The notes beneath the pieces were generated by a model, which was not told the DNA's origin, made no database searches, and saw only the letters and a list, made by a program, of their open reading frames with translations. 64,000 nt of DNA from positions 372,248,001 to 372,312,000 of the forward strand of contig OZ024741.1 of assembly GCA_964016885.1 (NCBI GenBank), written 5' to 3'. Position 1 is the stretch's first letter. The number at the start of each line of letters is the position of its first letter. This document shows positions 1-13,063 of the stretch, in pieces. This stretch comes from Eledone cirrhosa (taxonomy: Eukaryota). The position numbers were made by a program, and so were the translations under genes.

Positions 1-205
1 TATGGAAAGGAGATAAAAACTGAGGAATTTTTTGGATTCCCGTTAAAACGTTTTTCTTTTCACATTCTCCCATATAATATACAAACTTGCGTGTAGAGAA
101 AAAAATTTGTTAATAGATTTCACAGCCATGAATTTAACCAGGCATGCATTAATGAACAGCTGATACCGACGCGAATTAAAAATGTGTGTCTGTGTGTGTG
201 TGCAC

Positions 206-272
<67 letters not shown>

Positions 273-619
273 TCTCTCTCTCTCTGTATACAACGGTCTT
301 CTATACAGCTTCTTTCTATCAAATTTCACTTACATGGCATTGGTCATTCCAAAGCTATAGTAGAAGACATTTGCCCAATAATACATACATATATATGTGT
401 ATTATATATGTATTACATATATATATGTATATAACAAATTTAATATACAAATGGTTTCTACAGGAATAGAACTGTTTCATTCGGAGGAAATAATGATGAT
501 TTACTTCGAATGAAACAGTTCTAGTCCTGTAGAAGCCATTTCTATATTAAGTTTGTTGTATACACTCTACTAATGTATTGAGTACCTTATATATTGTGGT
601 TACCACCGTTTGAAACCGG

Positions 620-715
<96 letters not shown>

Positions 716-878
716 TATATATCAGTACATTAACATTTAGTTTTGCTAAATGTGTATATTATAGCATTAAAAAAATATTTTCAAAATTGAGATAAGGATT
801 TTTTTTCTGTAATATATCTATCGGCATTTCTTTTATTATATGGCAACAACAGTAGCAGATAGGACACATGCGTTCGTG

Positions 879-1021
<143 letters not shown>

Positions 1022-1179
1022 TAAACTAGTAATACCATTATTCAGCAGAGTACTCGATACTTGAGAGTGTTACTATATTAGAAAGAGTCGAGGCTGAACT
1101 CTTGCCGTTTCGATAGTCAATTCCAAACTCTGGAATTAGTTGTCGAAACGGTAAGAGCACACCCGTCGGTCCCTTTCTC

Positions 1180-1210
<31 letters not shown>

Positions 1211-1214
1211 AATA

Positions 1215-1292
<78 letters not shown>

Positions 1293-1604
1293 TATTCAAA
1301 ATAGGAAGTGCACAGCACAAAGACAATGGAAAAATAACCAAAAACATCAACGGAAAGATGGACAGTCCCATCTCTTCAGTTAACCTCTGGAAATCACTAC
1401 GGTTTCGGTTCATTAACGTCGATACTTATATATCCCAGTGCACATTGGGACATAACAAAACAAAGATATGAGACAAAGATATGTCTTTAGGCAAATTACA
1501 CAAATATAGAATGTGCAAGGGCCAAGCGAAAGGAGAAAAATATAGAAAGGAGAGAAATAGTAAAACGTGCAGACAAAGAAAGACACTGAGGATTAGAACA
1601 GGTA

Positions 1605-1653
<49 letters not shown>

Positions 1654-2205
1654 GAAAATAGAGAAATTAATGTAAGCAAAAAGCCGACAATAATTCAGAC
1701 ATATAAGTGACTATAACATCAAGATGAACAATTTTTAACGTAAGATATGGGATAAATAATTCAATCTTAATTCAAAACAAGTCAAGAAGAAACATTTTAT
1801 CCTCAGACTTTGTGTAAGTTGGGGAAAAAACCAATACAATCTTAACTCAAAATAAAATCAAGAATAAATACTTAACCGTCAATTTGGGGAAATCTACAAA
1901 TGCACTATATAGTCTTAAAAGACTATTTCACGAAACTTTTCAGTGGGGTTAGTCACGGTTGGCATCGTTCATCAGTAGTGCTCAACACATTAACTAAATC
2001 TTACTGCTAAAATGCCAGAGGGGAATTTAAAAGCAGGCAAGTGAACAGCGTGTTGAATTGAAATAACAAAACACACGTGGACACAGGCTAGTGATGCCGG
2101 GATGAAACGAATATCTGTTTACAAGAAACACCAGTCAAAACATTCCGAAAAAACTCAACAAAAATATGGAATTCAGCAAAAGCAATATTATCGCAGTTTT
2201 AAAAA

Positions 2206-2249
<44 letters not shown>

Positions 2250-2255
<6 letters not shown>

Positions 2256-2900
2256 GTGAGGTTTTTTTTACAAAATGAAAAATAACCGAGGTGTCCTACA
2301 CGAGTGAAAGTATAAAGAAAAAGAGATGAAATCGAAAATGCAACTGAAGTCTTATTGTTTTAAAAAATATATATATTTATTTGGTTCCTTTACCGGTTTC
2401 GCAGTTCTTCTGCTTTTCAAAAGGTGAGTTGAGATGGAGGGTCTGTGGTTTTTCTCACATCTGGTTGGTCTCTGAATGTTACTTGTTTTATATGGAAAAA
2501 GTGGCTCGAAATTCCAGGTTTTTCGAGAAGTAATTTGATTGGTTTGTCAATAATTATAATAAATTTCGCGCCAGTTCGCGTTACAATAGTTCTTCAAATA
2601 AGAGAGAGAGAGAGGGGGGGGGGGGGGGGGTTGTCACAGGTTGTTTTTTCATATATGAGTGTTTGAATTTCTTTTTACTTGAAAAAAGGAGGCTCACGAA
2701 GGCTTTTTTTTGGTTGGTTATAAATGAAATTTGGCTGTCACGTGAACAAGTTTTTATTACATTTTTGCGCCCTTATTTGGAAAACTATTCTGTAGTCTTT
2801 ATAGTGAATGTTATGACAATGGAGAGATAGTGGTCAAGAGAAAAGGGATTGGGAGAAATGTTCTGGTTCAGTGAATATGGCCAGCTCGCCGGGGTGTCAG
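2250..2900 (-). mobile_element. Decayed Penelope-like 3' end with family-A HHR pLTR
   Basis: Remnant translation NKNLFT*QPNFIY resembles KNHFTCSSKNLMY of the intact GIY-YIG region. It is followed downstream by the HHR at 2387-2424 and (TA)n. Confidence 0.5.
2387..2424 (-). ncRNA. Minimal hammerhead, family A (U3-A8)
   Basis: CCUU UUGAAAA GCAG aagaa CUGC GAAA CCGG UA AAGG, with palindromic helix III (ACCGGU). Confidence 0.7.
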
Positions 2901-2962
2901 AGTTCAGATTTTCTATTGAGACTGAAGATATGTATGTTTATTTGTGTGCTTGTGTGTGTGTA

Positions 2963-2994
<32 letters not shown>

Positions 2995-3256
2995 TGTGTA
3001 TGTGTGTATTGGAAGATGATTCTATTAGTAGAGATTGGGGAGGGAGTTGTGTGTGTGTGTATATGGGTGTTATGTGTGTGTGTGCGAGTATGTTAAGATG
3101 GAGAGAATATATATTTTGTGTGTGTGTATATATATATGTGTGTAGGAAAGTGGTTCTATTAGTAGAAATGGGGAGGGAGTTGTAGGTGTGGGGGTTGTTA
3201 TGTGTGTGTATGGGTGTTATGTGTGTGGGAGTATGGTTAGCATGTTAAGATGAAGA

Positions 3257-3314
<58 letters not shown>

Positions 3315-3499
3315 CGAAGGAAATGTGGTAAGGAACCAGGTGGACCATAACGCACCAAAGTACTCAATACTTGAGGTAGTAGAGTGGGTAATAGGAACCA
3401 GTAAGACCCCGACAGCTGAGCTCAAGCCGTTTCGACGGCTAATTCATTAGAATTAGCCGTCGAAACGGCTTGAGCTCAGCTGTCGGGGTCTTACTGGTT

Positions 3500-3559
<60 letters not shown>

Positions 3560-3791
3560 GTGTGTGTGTATGTGTGTGTGTAGGAAAGTGATTCCTTTAG
3601 TAGGAATATTTTTGAATGAACATATTTTCCTTACTTTTTCGTGTTTGCTGTTGTATTGCCAGTGCAAACGTATGTTAAGGTTTATTTAGTTCGGGTTTTT
3701 ATTTTCTAAAGTAGAAGGTGTTATGTGTGTGTGTGTATGTCATATTGTGGTGTTGACATAATGTATATTAAACCTTATTTAATGTTGGTCT

Positions 3792-6031
3792 TTATTTTTG
3801 AATAAACATATTTTCCTTATTTATTCGCATTTGTTCTGTTGTATTGTTAGCGCAAAGGTAAAATGGGAAGACTTGGAATTTGGGTGTCTTATTACTTGCG
3901 CAAATGTCTAGATGTGCACTTAGTGGTATCTGTCTCGTGGTTGGATCTCGTAATTGTTGGCGATGAACTGTCATTCTGTTTCTGAGTGTGAGTTTAGTTT
4001 GTCCTATATAATCTTCATTGCATCCTTTACATTTAATGGCATACATTAGATTTTTTGATGAGCAAGTGAAGTGATTTTTTACAGTAAAATTTTGTCCTGA
4101 TTTAAATGTATACGTGTTGCCTTCAATGAGGTGAGTGCAGGTTCCACAATTAGAGCGACCACATTTTTTGGTACTTGGTTGTGGGTTTGTGGTAGGTAAT
4201 TTGGCATTGGTGAGTAATGTTTTCAGTGATTTTGGTTGTCTTTTGCTTTTGATTATTTTGTGTGTTTCAAGGGCTTTTTTCATTCTTGGGTTTTGTTTTA
4301 GTAGTGGGATGTTATTGTGAATAGTGTTGTAAGCTTCCGCATTTCTTGGGTTGTGTGTTGAGATATATGATAGAATATTGGACGTACCTTGAATTTGTTT
4401 CTGTTTCCGTAATTCATCAATGCCTATTGCTTTAGCCCTTTCTATTCCATTATTTATTAGTAATAGTGGGTACTCTCTCTCAAGTAGAATTTCCTTTAGT
4501 TCTTGAAGTCTTTTATTTCGCGTTTCATAATTGGAGACAATTGTGCAAATTCTTCTTGCTAGGTTAAAAGGAATGTTCGTCTTCGTGTGCTTTGGAGGTG
4601 AATAGCAGATATTGTTTGGAATCTGTTGGTTTGTAGTGTATGTCAGTTTCGATATTTGTGTCTTTTTGTGTGATTAAGATGTCCAGAAATGGGAGTTGAT
4701 CTTGGCTGTATTCCATTGTGAATTGGATGTGGTTATTGATGCTGTTTATTAAGTTTTTGAAATCCTTCAGTTGGTCGAGTGTGTGGGACCAAAGAATGAG
4801 GCAATCATCCAAGTAGCGTTTCCAATTCTCTGATAAATATTTGTGGAAGTTCAATCCGTATTTTGATTTGGACTGTTCATATATCTGGACTTCTAAGTAT
4901 GCCATGACTAAGTTGGCATAAGTTGGAGCGGCTTTTGTGCCCATCGCAGTCCCCGATATTTGCTTGTAAGTATTGCCATCGAAATCAAAAAAGTTGTTCT
5001 GTAGGATGAATTTTAATCCCTCGGTGATGAAGCTTTTTTCTATTCTGTCAGGTATCTCATTGGGATATTTCACTAGCCAGAATCTATATTGCTTCTAGTC
5101 CGTATTGGTGTGGGATCGTTGTGTAGAGATTCACTACATCGAAAGACACAATAATAGTGTCGTTGTTGACATGTTTGGGGAGGTGGTTTAAGAGGTCCAG
5201 ATCGTCCCTTACAAGGCTTGGTATGTGTTTCAGTATTGGTTTCAGTAGTATGTCTATAAAGTTGCTCAATCTGTGTGTTTCACATTGTGGGCCCGCTACA
5301 ATTGGTCTTAATTTAAGGTCTGTGGGGTATTGTGTGTTCACGCAGGCTGAGGTGGATTGTTTACAGGCATCGTTGATTATTTTACATTTGTGGATCTTCG
5401 GAAGTCCGTAAAGGTTGCTGGTTTTGTATTCAAAATTTGTTAAATAATCGCGTTCCTTTTTAGTTAGGTCTTCCTGGTATCGATAAATCAGTGTGTTTAA
5501 TTTGGTCATTATTTTTGATTGCTGGTAGTTTTTTACTCTTTCATAGTAATTAGTATTTTGTAAGAGAGAGAACATAGAATTTTTATATTTTTCAGCCTCC
5601 ATAATGACAACAGTACTTCCCTTGTCCGCTTCCTTAATTACAATGTCCGTATTGTTTTTTAGTTCATGGATAATCTCCCATTCCCTTCGACTTGTGTTGG
5701 GTTTGGGTTTAGGTTGCGGTAGTTCATGGTATGGGAAGGTAGCTATGTGGTCACAAAATTTGTCCAGAACTCTGTTTCTACCTTTTGTTGGGTTGTAGCT
5801 GCTTTTATTCCGTACAATTGATTCGTCGTTATTCTCCTTGTCAAAGAATTCCTCTGTGAGACGTAATTTTCTACAGAAGTGTGAGATATCGTCATTTATC
5901 TCGTTGGGGTTAGGGTATTGTGGTGTTGGTGTGAATTTCAGACCTTTGGAGAGAATTTTTACTTGTTGGGCTGAGAGGTTTGTATTTGAAATGTTAATTA
6001 TTTTCGGTTTTTCAAAATCGGTTTGTGCCAC
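3792..6031 (-). pseudogene. Penelope-like RT/GIY-YIG ORF broken by frameshifts near 5080 and 4590
   Basis: ORFs 5084-6031 (RT N-half), 4564-5073 (GTAMG, YLDD) and 3792-4283 (GIY-YIG; the frame continues upstream to ~4560 as LARRICTIVS...). Confidence 0.9.
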
Positions 6032-6544
6032 CGGGTGTCGTGAGTCCTGTAGCCTTGGTCTAAAAAATGATTTTTCTGGAATGTTTTTTCATTGGTATTA
6101 TTATATCTAATGGTATTTCCCCTGTTGTTGTGTGGTCTTGTATAGAAGTTTCGGACGTATTGAGGTTCGGTTTGTTGATAGTCCGGGTTGTAGATTTGGT
6201 TCCTTTGTGTGGGTTGGGATCTACGGTTTTGGAACAGGCTCTGTGTGGGCAGGGGTCTACGGTTTTGGAATAGGTTTTGTGTGGGTTGTGATCTGCGGAT
6301 CAGGTCCTGCCTTGTGTTCGGGGATCTTTGGTTTTTGTTAGTAGGGTTATAGTTTTGTCTATGGTTTCTGGGATTATCGTTATAGTTTTGCTGGGGGTAT
6401 GTTGGACGTTTTGTTACTTTTCTGTTATTTGTTGTGCATGTGGTGTGTGAGTTTTAGTTTGTTTTAAAAATGGGTTACCTGTATGTTGTTCATTTTTGAA
6501 GTCCATTTCGTAGTTGTTGAACCAGGTGGTGCTCTGAAATAGCG

Positions 6545-6575
<31 letters not shown>

Positions 6576-6707
6576 TATATATATATAGTGTATATATATA
6601 TAGTGTACACTGTATACTTAATTAAAAGCATTTTGAAGACCATACGCTATTGTTTTAAAATAGTGACAATGTCACTTATCTAAATTTTCAGCAAACAAGG
6701 GGAGATA

Positions 6708-6753
6708 AACTGACAGAGCTCTGTTTCGTACTTTTTTGGTACTTATCAAAGTT
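6708..6753 (-). ncRNA. Type I hammerhead ribozyme, U3-A8 core variant, in the Penelope 5' pLTR
   Basis: Minus strand reads AACU UUGAUAA GUAC caaaaaa GUAC GAAA CAG agcu CUG UC AGUU. All three helices are present with a GUC cleavage triplet. Stem I extends via aattttcagcaaaca/tgtttgctgaaaatt. Confidence 0.8.
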
Positions 6754-6947
6754 CACCACTCCTGTTTGCTGAAAATTATGTGTGTTGGATTCATATAGAA
6801 TTCCAGTAATAATCAGGAACTGATTTATACAGAGCCGTCGCCGGTCGAGCAGAAATTGAAAATTAGAATTGGTGCTCTGAAATAGCGATATATATATGAA
6901 TGTATATATAGTGTATTTTGCAATACACTATATTACTGATATATATT

Positions 6948-7002
<55 letters not shown>

Positions 7003-7005
7003 TCT

Positions 7006-10000
7006 TTCTTTATTTGCAACAGGGGCGTACAAAAATGGGACATTACAAGACGTGACGGCGGGGGTTTTACATAAAAATAACTTTAACATTAATAAATAAC
7101 AATAAACTATATATAATAAAATAACAATTGAAATCCCCAATAGGGGGTAACGTTACTGCAGGTTTATTTTACACCCCGTGGATAGAACAACCCTCAACAC
7201 CAGGAACATGTTTTGTAGGTGTTCCTGTCTTCCCTCTGTTTATCTTCCTCAACCTACAGGTTTATATACAGAGAAGGCCCATTCACTCGGGCCATTTTTG
7301 CCACATTCACCCACCTTTCAGTCAATTTACTGGGGTGTAGCACCTTTCTCTCCACTCTCACCTTCCTTCTGAAGTGATACTTAAAGAAGGGGATAAGTTG
7401 TTGTCCAGAGAAAAAGTTGTTTGCACTCAGTCCTTTTAACCTCGTCCACCATATTACCTCTTTCGCCATAGCCAGCAGACAGAGGAAAACCGCCTCTCCT
7501 TCGTTCTTAAATGAAGGCGGCGGGGTGATCCTCACGATGGACTCGGCTGACAACTGGATGCGTCCCACACGTGACAGCAGCTGTTCGATATAATTCCACA
7601 GGTCGGTCACCCCTGGGCACTGAACAATTGCGTGCAGAACGGTTTCGATATCCTGTTCGCATCTTGGGCAGGTCCTTTTGGCAGGATCTCTGCCAAGCCG
7701 TCGGTGCCTGTAGATTTTATTTCGAACTAGTAGAGCTCCTCGGTAGCACTGCCAGGCCAGAGACCTCTGGAAGTTATCCATAAGCCCTGGACGGAAAGTC
7801 CTCCCGAACAGACTGGTCAGTTCGTCCTCCTCGATGCCTAGAGTTTCCCCGAGAACGTCGTCGCACTTATCCTCCACTAATCCCCTATAGAATGTGGAAG
7901 TAGAGTCTCCGCTGATTGCCGTTTCCGCTTGGTAGAGGGCTGTGAGCGCCTGTAGGCACTCGAGGTGCCAGGCACCCATTTTCGGTCTTCGCTTGACCCA
8001 GAACTGCAGCTCTGTTAGTGAGACGAGTTGTGGAAGAGCTTGTCTCACAAATGACAGCCACACCGGTTCACCGGTCAGGAATACCTGGAGATGGCGTAGC
8101 CTCAGCGCATGTTTGCGCATCATCAGCCACGGCATGCCCAGCCCTCCGTTAGAAGGGTGTTGACAGCAGATGGATCTCCTCACCAATGGAGCCTGTTTCT
8201 TCCAGAGGCACTTGAAAAGTAGGGGTTCCATTTTGGTAAGGTATTCGCGGGGGCAAGGCACGACTGTCAGGCGGTAGTAGATGACGGACGCTATGTAAGT
8301 GTTCGCCACCTCCGCTCGACCTTTCAAGGAGAGTTTGCATTCAGCCCACTTCTGGGTGAGTGCAAACACCTTCGCCGTGATCTCGTTCTAGTTCTTGTTC
8401 ACCTGGAGGTCTGGACAGAACCAGACCCCGAGCAATTTCACCGGTCCTTCCGTCCCGCGTCCAACGACACTGTCGGAAGGCATGGGTTTGCCTCTCCATG
8501 TGCCGAGTTGCAAACCGATAGACTTGTTTGGGTTTAGTCTTGCTCCTGTCAACGTTTCGTATTCCTGTAATAGGTTGTCGATTACCCTGATTTCCGAGGT
8601 TTTCGACACCATTACGGTTATGTCGTCGGCATAGGCTGACGCTGCTTTCCGCAGTCCTGGTTCGATCGGGATGCCCTGCAACAGCTCCAATTTCCGCAGT
8701 AACGGCTCGAGAGTCAGTACATACAGAATGGAGCAGAGAGGGCTTCCCTCACGGATGGAACGCATGATTTGGAATGGCTCTGATAGGTAGCCATTCACCT
8801 TGACTGCCGAGCAGATGCTGGTGTACATGGCAGCGATCCAGCCTCTGAAGACGGGACCGAAGCCGGCCGCCTTGAGAACTGCTTCCAAGTATTGATGCTC
8901 GACCCTATCAAATGCCTTAGACTGATCTAAATTGATCAGAGCCCCACCAAAGCCAGGTTTACACCCTACCCTCTCTATGATGTATCACATGAGGTGGAGG
9001 TTGTCGTGTATGGACCTGGTCGGGATTGCACACATTTGGGCATCCCCTACCAGGTTCTCAACTACAAGCGCCAGCCTTGCTGCTAACACCTTGGCCAAAA
9101 TCTTTAACTCTGTGTTGAGCAGAGTTATGGGCCTGAAATTATTTATCTCATCCCCCTTGTTCTCATCTTTTCTGATCAGCGTTACTACGCCTCTGCCTAC
9201 AGAACTGGGAATCCTCCTGTTCTGCTGCCAGTTGCAGTAGACCGCTTCGAGGACGCCAGAGAACAAGTCTGGCATGCCTATGTAAATCTCATAGGGTAGA
9301 CCATCTAAACCGGGTGATTTGCGTTTCCCGCAGCGGCCTAGGGCATCTTCTATTTATCCCGCTGTGATCGGCCTTTCGCAGCTCTCCGCATCCGTGCTCG
9401 AGAGTCGCGGTACGCTGTCGAGATAGGAGCTGAAGTCCATCATCTCGCTCGATGTACCGCTTTGCCCGAACAGTTGTGCAAAATGCTGCTGGAAGGTCGC
9501 GCACATCTGCTTGGATTCAAGTATAATGCGTCCATCTTTGTTTTGCAAAGACCGAATTATGGATTTGTTGCCACTTTTCGCCTCTGCCACTCGGACCCAG
9601 CTAACAGCTTTGGCTCCCTCGTTTCTCAGAGCACGTGTTCTACTTCTGACAATACCTTCGTGTTTCACGTTGAAGAACTGGTCTAGTGCCGTTCTCGCCG
9701 CTAGCACGTCAGCTGTACTGCCATTCCTAAGTGCCTCTTCTATTTTAGCTACCAGTTCCTTTTCAGTTTTGTTTTTTTCTAAAGCTGCTTCTTTGCTAAA
9801 TGCTATTGATTCTATTCTAATTGCTCTCTTGAGAGAGCTCCACCACCTGTTGTTGACGATCGCCCCCGTCAACTGGCACTTAACTAAGGTGCTAATCCGT
9901 TTACTGTAGGCCTTACGCGCCGGGAACGACATGTTTAGCTTCCAGTATCCGGGTCCCTGTCTATGTGTTCTATCAAGGTTGACTACGCAGGTGACTAATT

Positions 10001-10215
10001 TGTGGTCTGAATAGGCAACCATGTGCATTTGTGGACAGCTTAATGTTTTCTTATCATTCTGTCTAATTAAAAATCTATCTAAATACGATCTAGAAGACCC
10101 AGTGCGGTTGCTCCACGTCCACAGTGGTGCACTTGGGAAGTCTAGTCGATATCTATCAGCCAGTTGGAATTGGCTGATGAGATTTTTGAGGCTATTACAC
10201 CCCCTCTATTATCAC
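7006..10215 (-). mobile_element. Tx1/L1-clade LINE, 5'-truncated, flanked by (GATA)n on both sides
   Basis: Endonuclease end YSDHK..GPGYWKLN; RT motifs FRPITLLN, IREGSPL, AYADD; C-terminal CPRC..ETVLHAIVQC; 3' AATAAA followed by (TATC)n. Several stops and frameshifts. Confidence 0.92.
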
Positions 10216-10246
10216 AAGATAAATAGATAAATAGATAGATAGATAA

Positions 10247-10314
<68 letters not shown>

Positions 10315-10683
10315 GGATAGCAGCTGAGAGAAATTTTAGCAATCTGTACAAGACTGCTTTCATGTCCCGGGGAGGCGGACTGAGGGCAGGGCCAATTCCT
10401 CTTAAAATTTAAGGGTCCTAGTAAAACTATTTTATGAGGGGAGTATGGTGGGGCATCAGATATTAACGGTACCTTCCTTGGTTCCCCAGGGCCAGCACTT
10501 ATATACAGACTGACCAACATCCCGCCGCACCTCATTTCACATTTCTAAAGTCCGTATATTGATGGATATAGCAAGCCTTGGCAGTGGAGACTCCTGGTGT
10601 CCTTGTATATATTATAAAATATATTATAAAACTCATAGTGTATGTTGTATAGTTAATGAGTATAAATACATAAAAACTGTATA

Positions 10684-10815
<132 letters not shown>

Positions 10816-10849
10816 TAATTTTGATATAACGCTAGCTATATATATATTT

Positions 10850-11125
10850 TGGGGGGATGGCTACCTCCCTACTTACCACCATAGGCGCTGAGCTGGCCAG
10901 CCGCAGGTGTAAACTTCGCGAGCGAGATGGATTGCCTCTTCTAGCACATCTCCCTACCATCCTCCGGGGAAACGCCTTCTCCATTCTGTCCGCCGGGGCT
11001 GTGGGGCGGCCAGCACGTGGGACGCCATTTGCTCACTATACTGAGAGATGGGGAGGGCGAGAGAGATGGAGTTCGGCTCTTCCGTGTTCGGACACATTGC
11101 ACCTGTCAAGAGTGTATATTGGTTC
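10850..11125 (+). mobile_element. CRE-like RLE retroelement 3' remnant
   Basis: ILRGNAFSIL resembles the C-terminal QRGNA motif. A similar remnant (NKLTKYWSL..KPVAVEISG) is at ~54860-54970. Confidence 0.4.
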
Positions 11126-11151
11126 CTTCATTCTTTAATTCTTTCGTAAAT

Positions 11152-11330
11152 AATTGTTTCTATTTTAGGCACAAGGCCAGCAATTACCCAGTGCATTACT
11201 GGTACTTTATTTTATCGACCCCGTAAGGATGAAAGGCAAAGTTAACCTCGGCGGGATTTGAACTCAGATCGTAAAGGGACGTAATTCTATGCTGCAAAGC
11301 AGGGCGTCCTCTATCGATACTGCCAATCTA
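11152..11330 (-). mobile_element. tRNA-derived SINE
   Basis: Reverse complement of the window's SINE consensus (B-box gagttcaaatccc; gcctttcatccttacggggtcgataaaataaagtaccag). Confidence 0.85.
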
Positions 11331-11399
11331 ACCTTGTAGTTAATGTGTCTGATTAACATCTTCCATGTATTTCTCTACCTCCTCCTTTTCCTCTTCACT

Positions 11400-11708
11400 C
11401 ACGTGCACCACCACTACCACCACCACCACAAGAACCTCTTCCTACGCCTCTCCTCCTTCATGCACTATCACCACATTCTCTTTCTTCTTCTCCACCACAT
11501 TCTCAGCCTCATCCATATGTACCTCTGTTCTTCGCCACATTTTCTCCCCTCCCGGCTTCACCACCACCACCGCCGCCGCCACCACCACCACCGCCACCGC
11601 CTTCGCCACCACTACAACCAACGCCGCCGCCGTCGCCACCACCACCACTATCACCACCACCACCACCACCACCGCCGCCGCCGCCGCCGCCACCACCACC
11701 ACCACTAC

Positions 11709-11757
<49 letters not shown>

Positions 11758-11880
11758 ACCACCACCACCGCCGCCACCAACAACAACAACAACAACAACT
11801 CTTCCCCACGTTCTCCTCTCACCGTCTTCACAAGCGCCAGTGCGCCCTAGAGCGCCACCACCACCACCACTACCGCATCT
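11400..11880. repeat. Compound (CAC)n/(CGC)n/(CAA)n trinucleotide tract
   Basis: Direct inspection. Confidence 0.95.
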
Positions 11881-12761
11881 TCCTCCCTTGACCTTCTCCT
11901 CCTCATCTGCTTCGTCTTCTTCCTTCACACCCCCTCTTCCTTCTCCCCCCTTTACTAGCTCCACCTCCTCCTTCTCCTATGCTCCTCCAACGTTTCCTCC
12001 CTCTACTCTTTTTTCTCTCCCTCCATTATTTCCTGGTTTCTCCATTAGCAACACCGATCAGAAAGCTCGATAAAAGTGATTGGTTGTTTGGTTGGCTGAA
12101 TCTTCTTCTTCTTCTTCTTCTTCTTCTTCTTCTTCTTCTTCTTCTTCTTCGTCTTCTTCTTCGTCTTCTTCTTCTTCTCCCCCCCCCCCTCTCCTCCTTC
12201 CCAGCCACTCTCTCTCTCTTTATTCTTAGATAATAAATAGTCACTTGACTGATAGGCGGAGCAGAATATTATGAAAGGCGGGGAAAATCACAAAAAAGAA
12301 CGTAATAAAATAAATAAAAACCGAACGAATAGATAACTAGAGTGACAAAGGCAATGAGCTAATGAGATAGTTATCGCCCTTTGACCTATTGTTTACAGCA
12401 AGCCTTTCAATCGTGACCTGCTTTGTATAAAATGAAATTTATCACAACCTCCTCATCACTCACACCAACACACACACACATGAATACACCAACACACACA
12501 CACACACGCCTACACACGCACACGTACACGCATGCTCACATGCGCACACCAACACAAGCACACACGCACATATGCACACATGCGCACACACACACCAACA
12601 CAAACGCGAACGCAGGCACATACACTCCAACACACATACACCAGCACACCCGTACCAACATATCAGCACACACACGCACACACACACACACACACACACA
12701 TACACACATACACACCAACACACATACATCAAGACGCACTTACTCCAGCACACCCGTACCA

Positions 12762-13038
<277 letters not shown>

Positions 13039-13063
13039 TGTATATATATATATATATATATAT

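Larger units (their letters stand above)
3590..6890 (-). mobile_element. Penelope-like retroelement (RT + GIY-YIG endonuclease), near full length, with upstream HHR-bearing pseudo-LTR
   Basis: Three consecutive minus-strand ORF pieces carry PLE motifs: LSKGLKFTPTP, IKEADKG, YGLPKIHK, LRPIV, SFDVVNLYT, GTAMG, YLDD, FLDI, and CC-linker plus NLMYAIKC..C...YIGQT. A hammerhead lies at 6708-6753. The direct repeat tggtgctctgaaatagcga occurs at ~6527 and ~6870. Confidence 0.93.

Noticed and set aside
6422-6478. Possible 57-nt GT-AG intron after an ATG at 6506 (-) in the Penelope 5' region
   Set aside because: There is no polypyrimidine tract, and splicing still leads to an immediate in-frame stop, so it cannot be supported.
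11343-11964. His/Arg-rich or Thr/Ala-rich protein ORFs (also 56217-56991)
   Set aside because: Open in many frames on both strands because of trinucleotide repeats; no motif or splice evidence.
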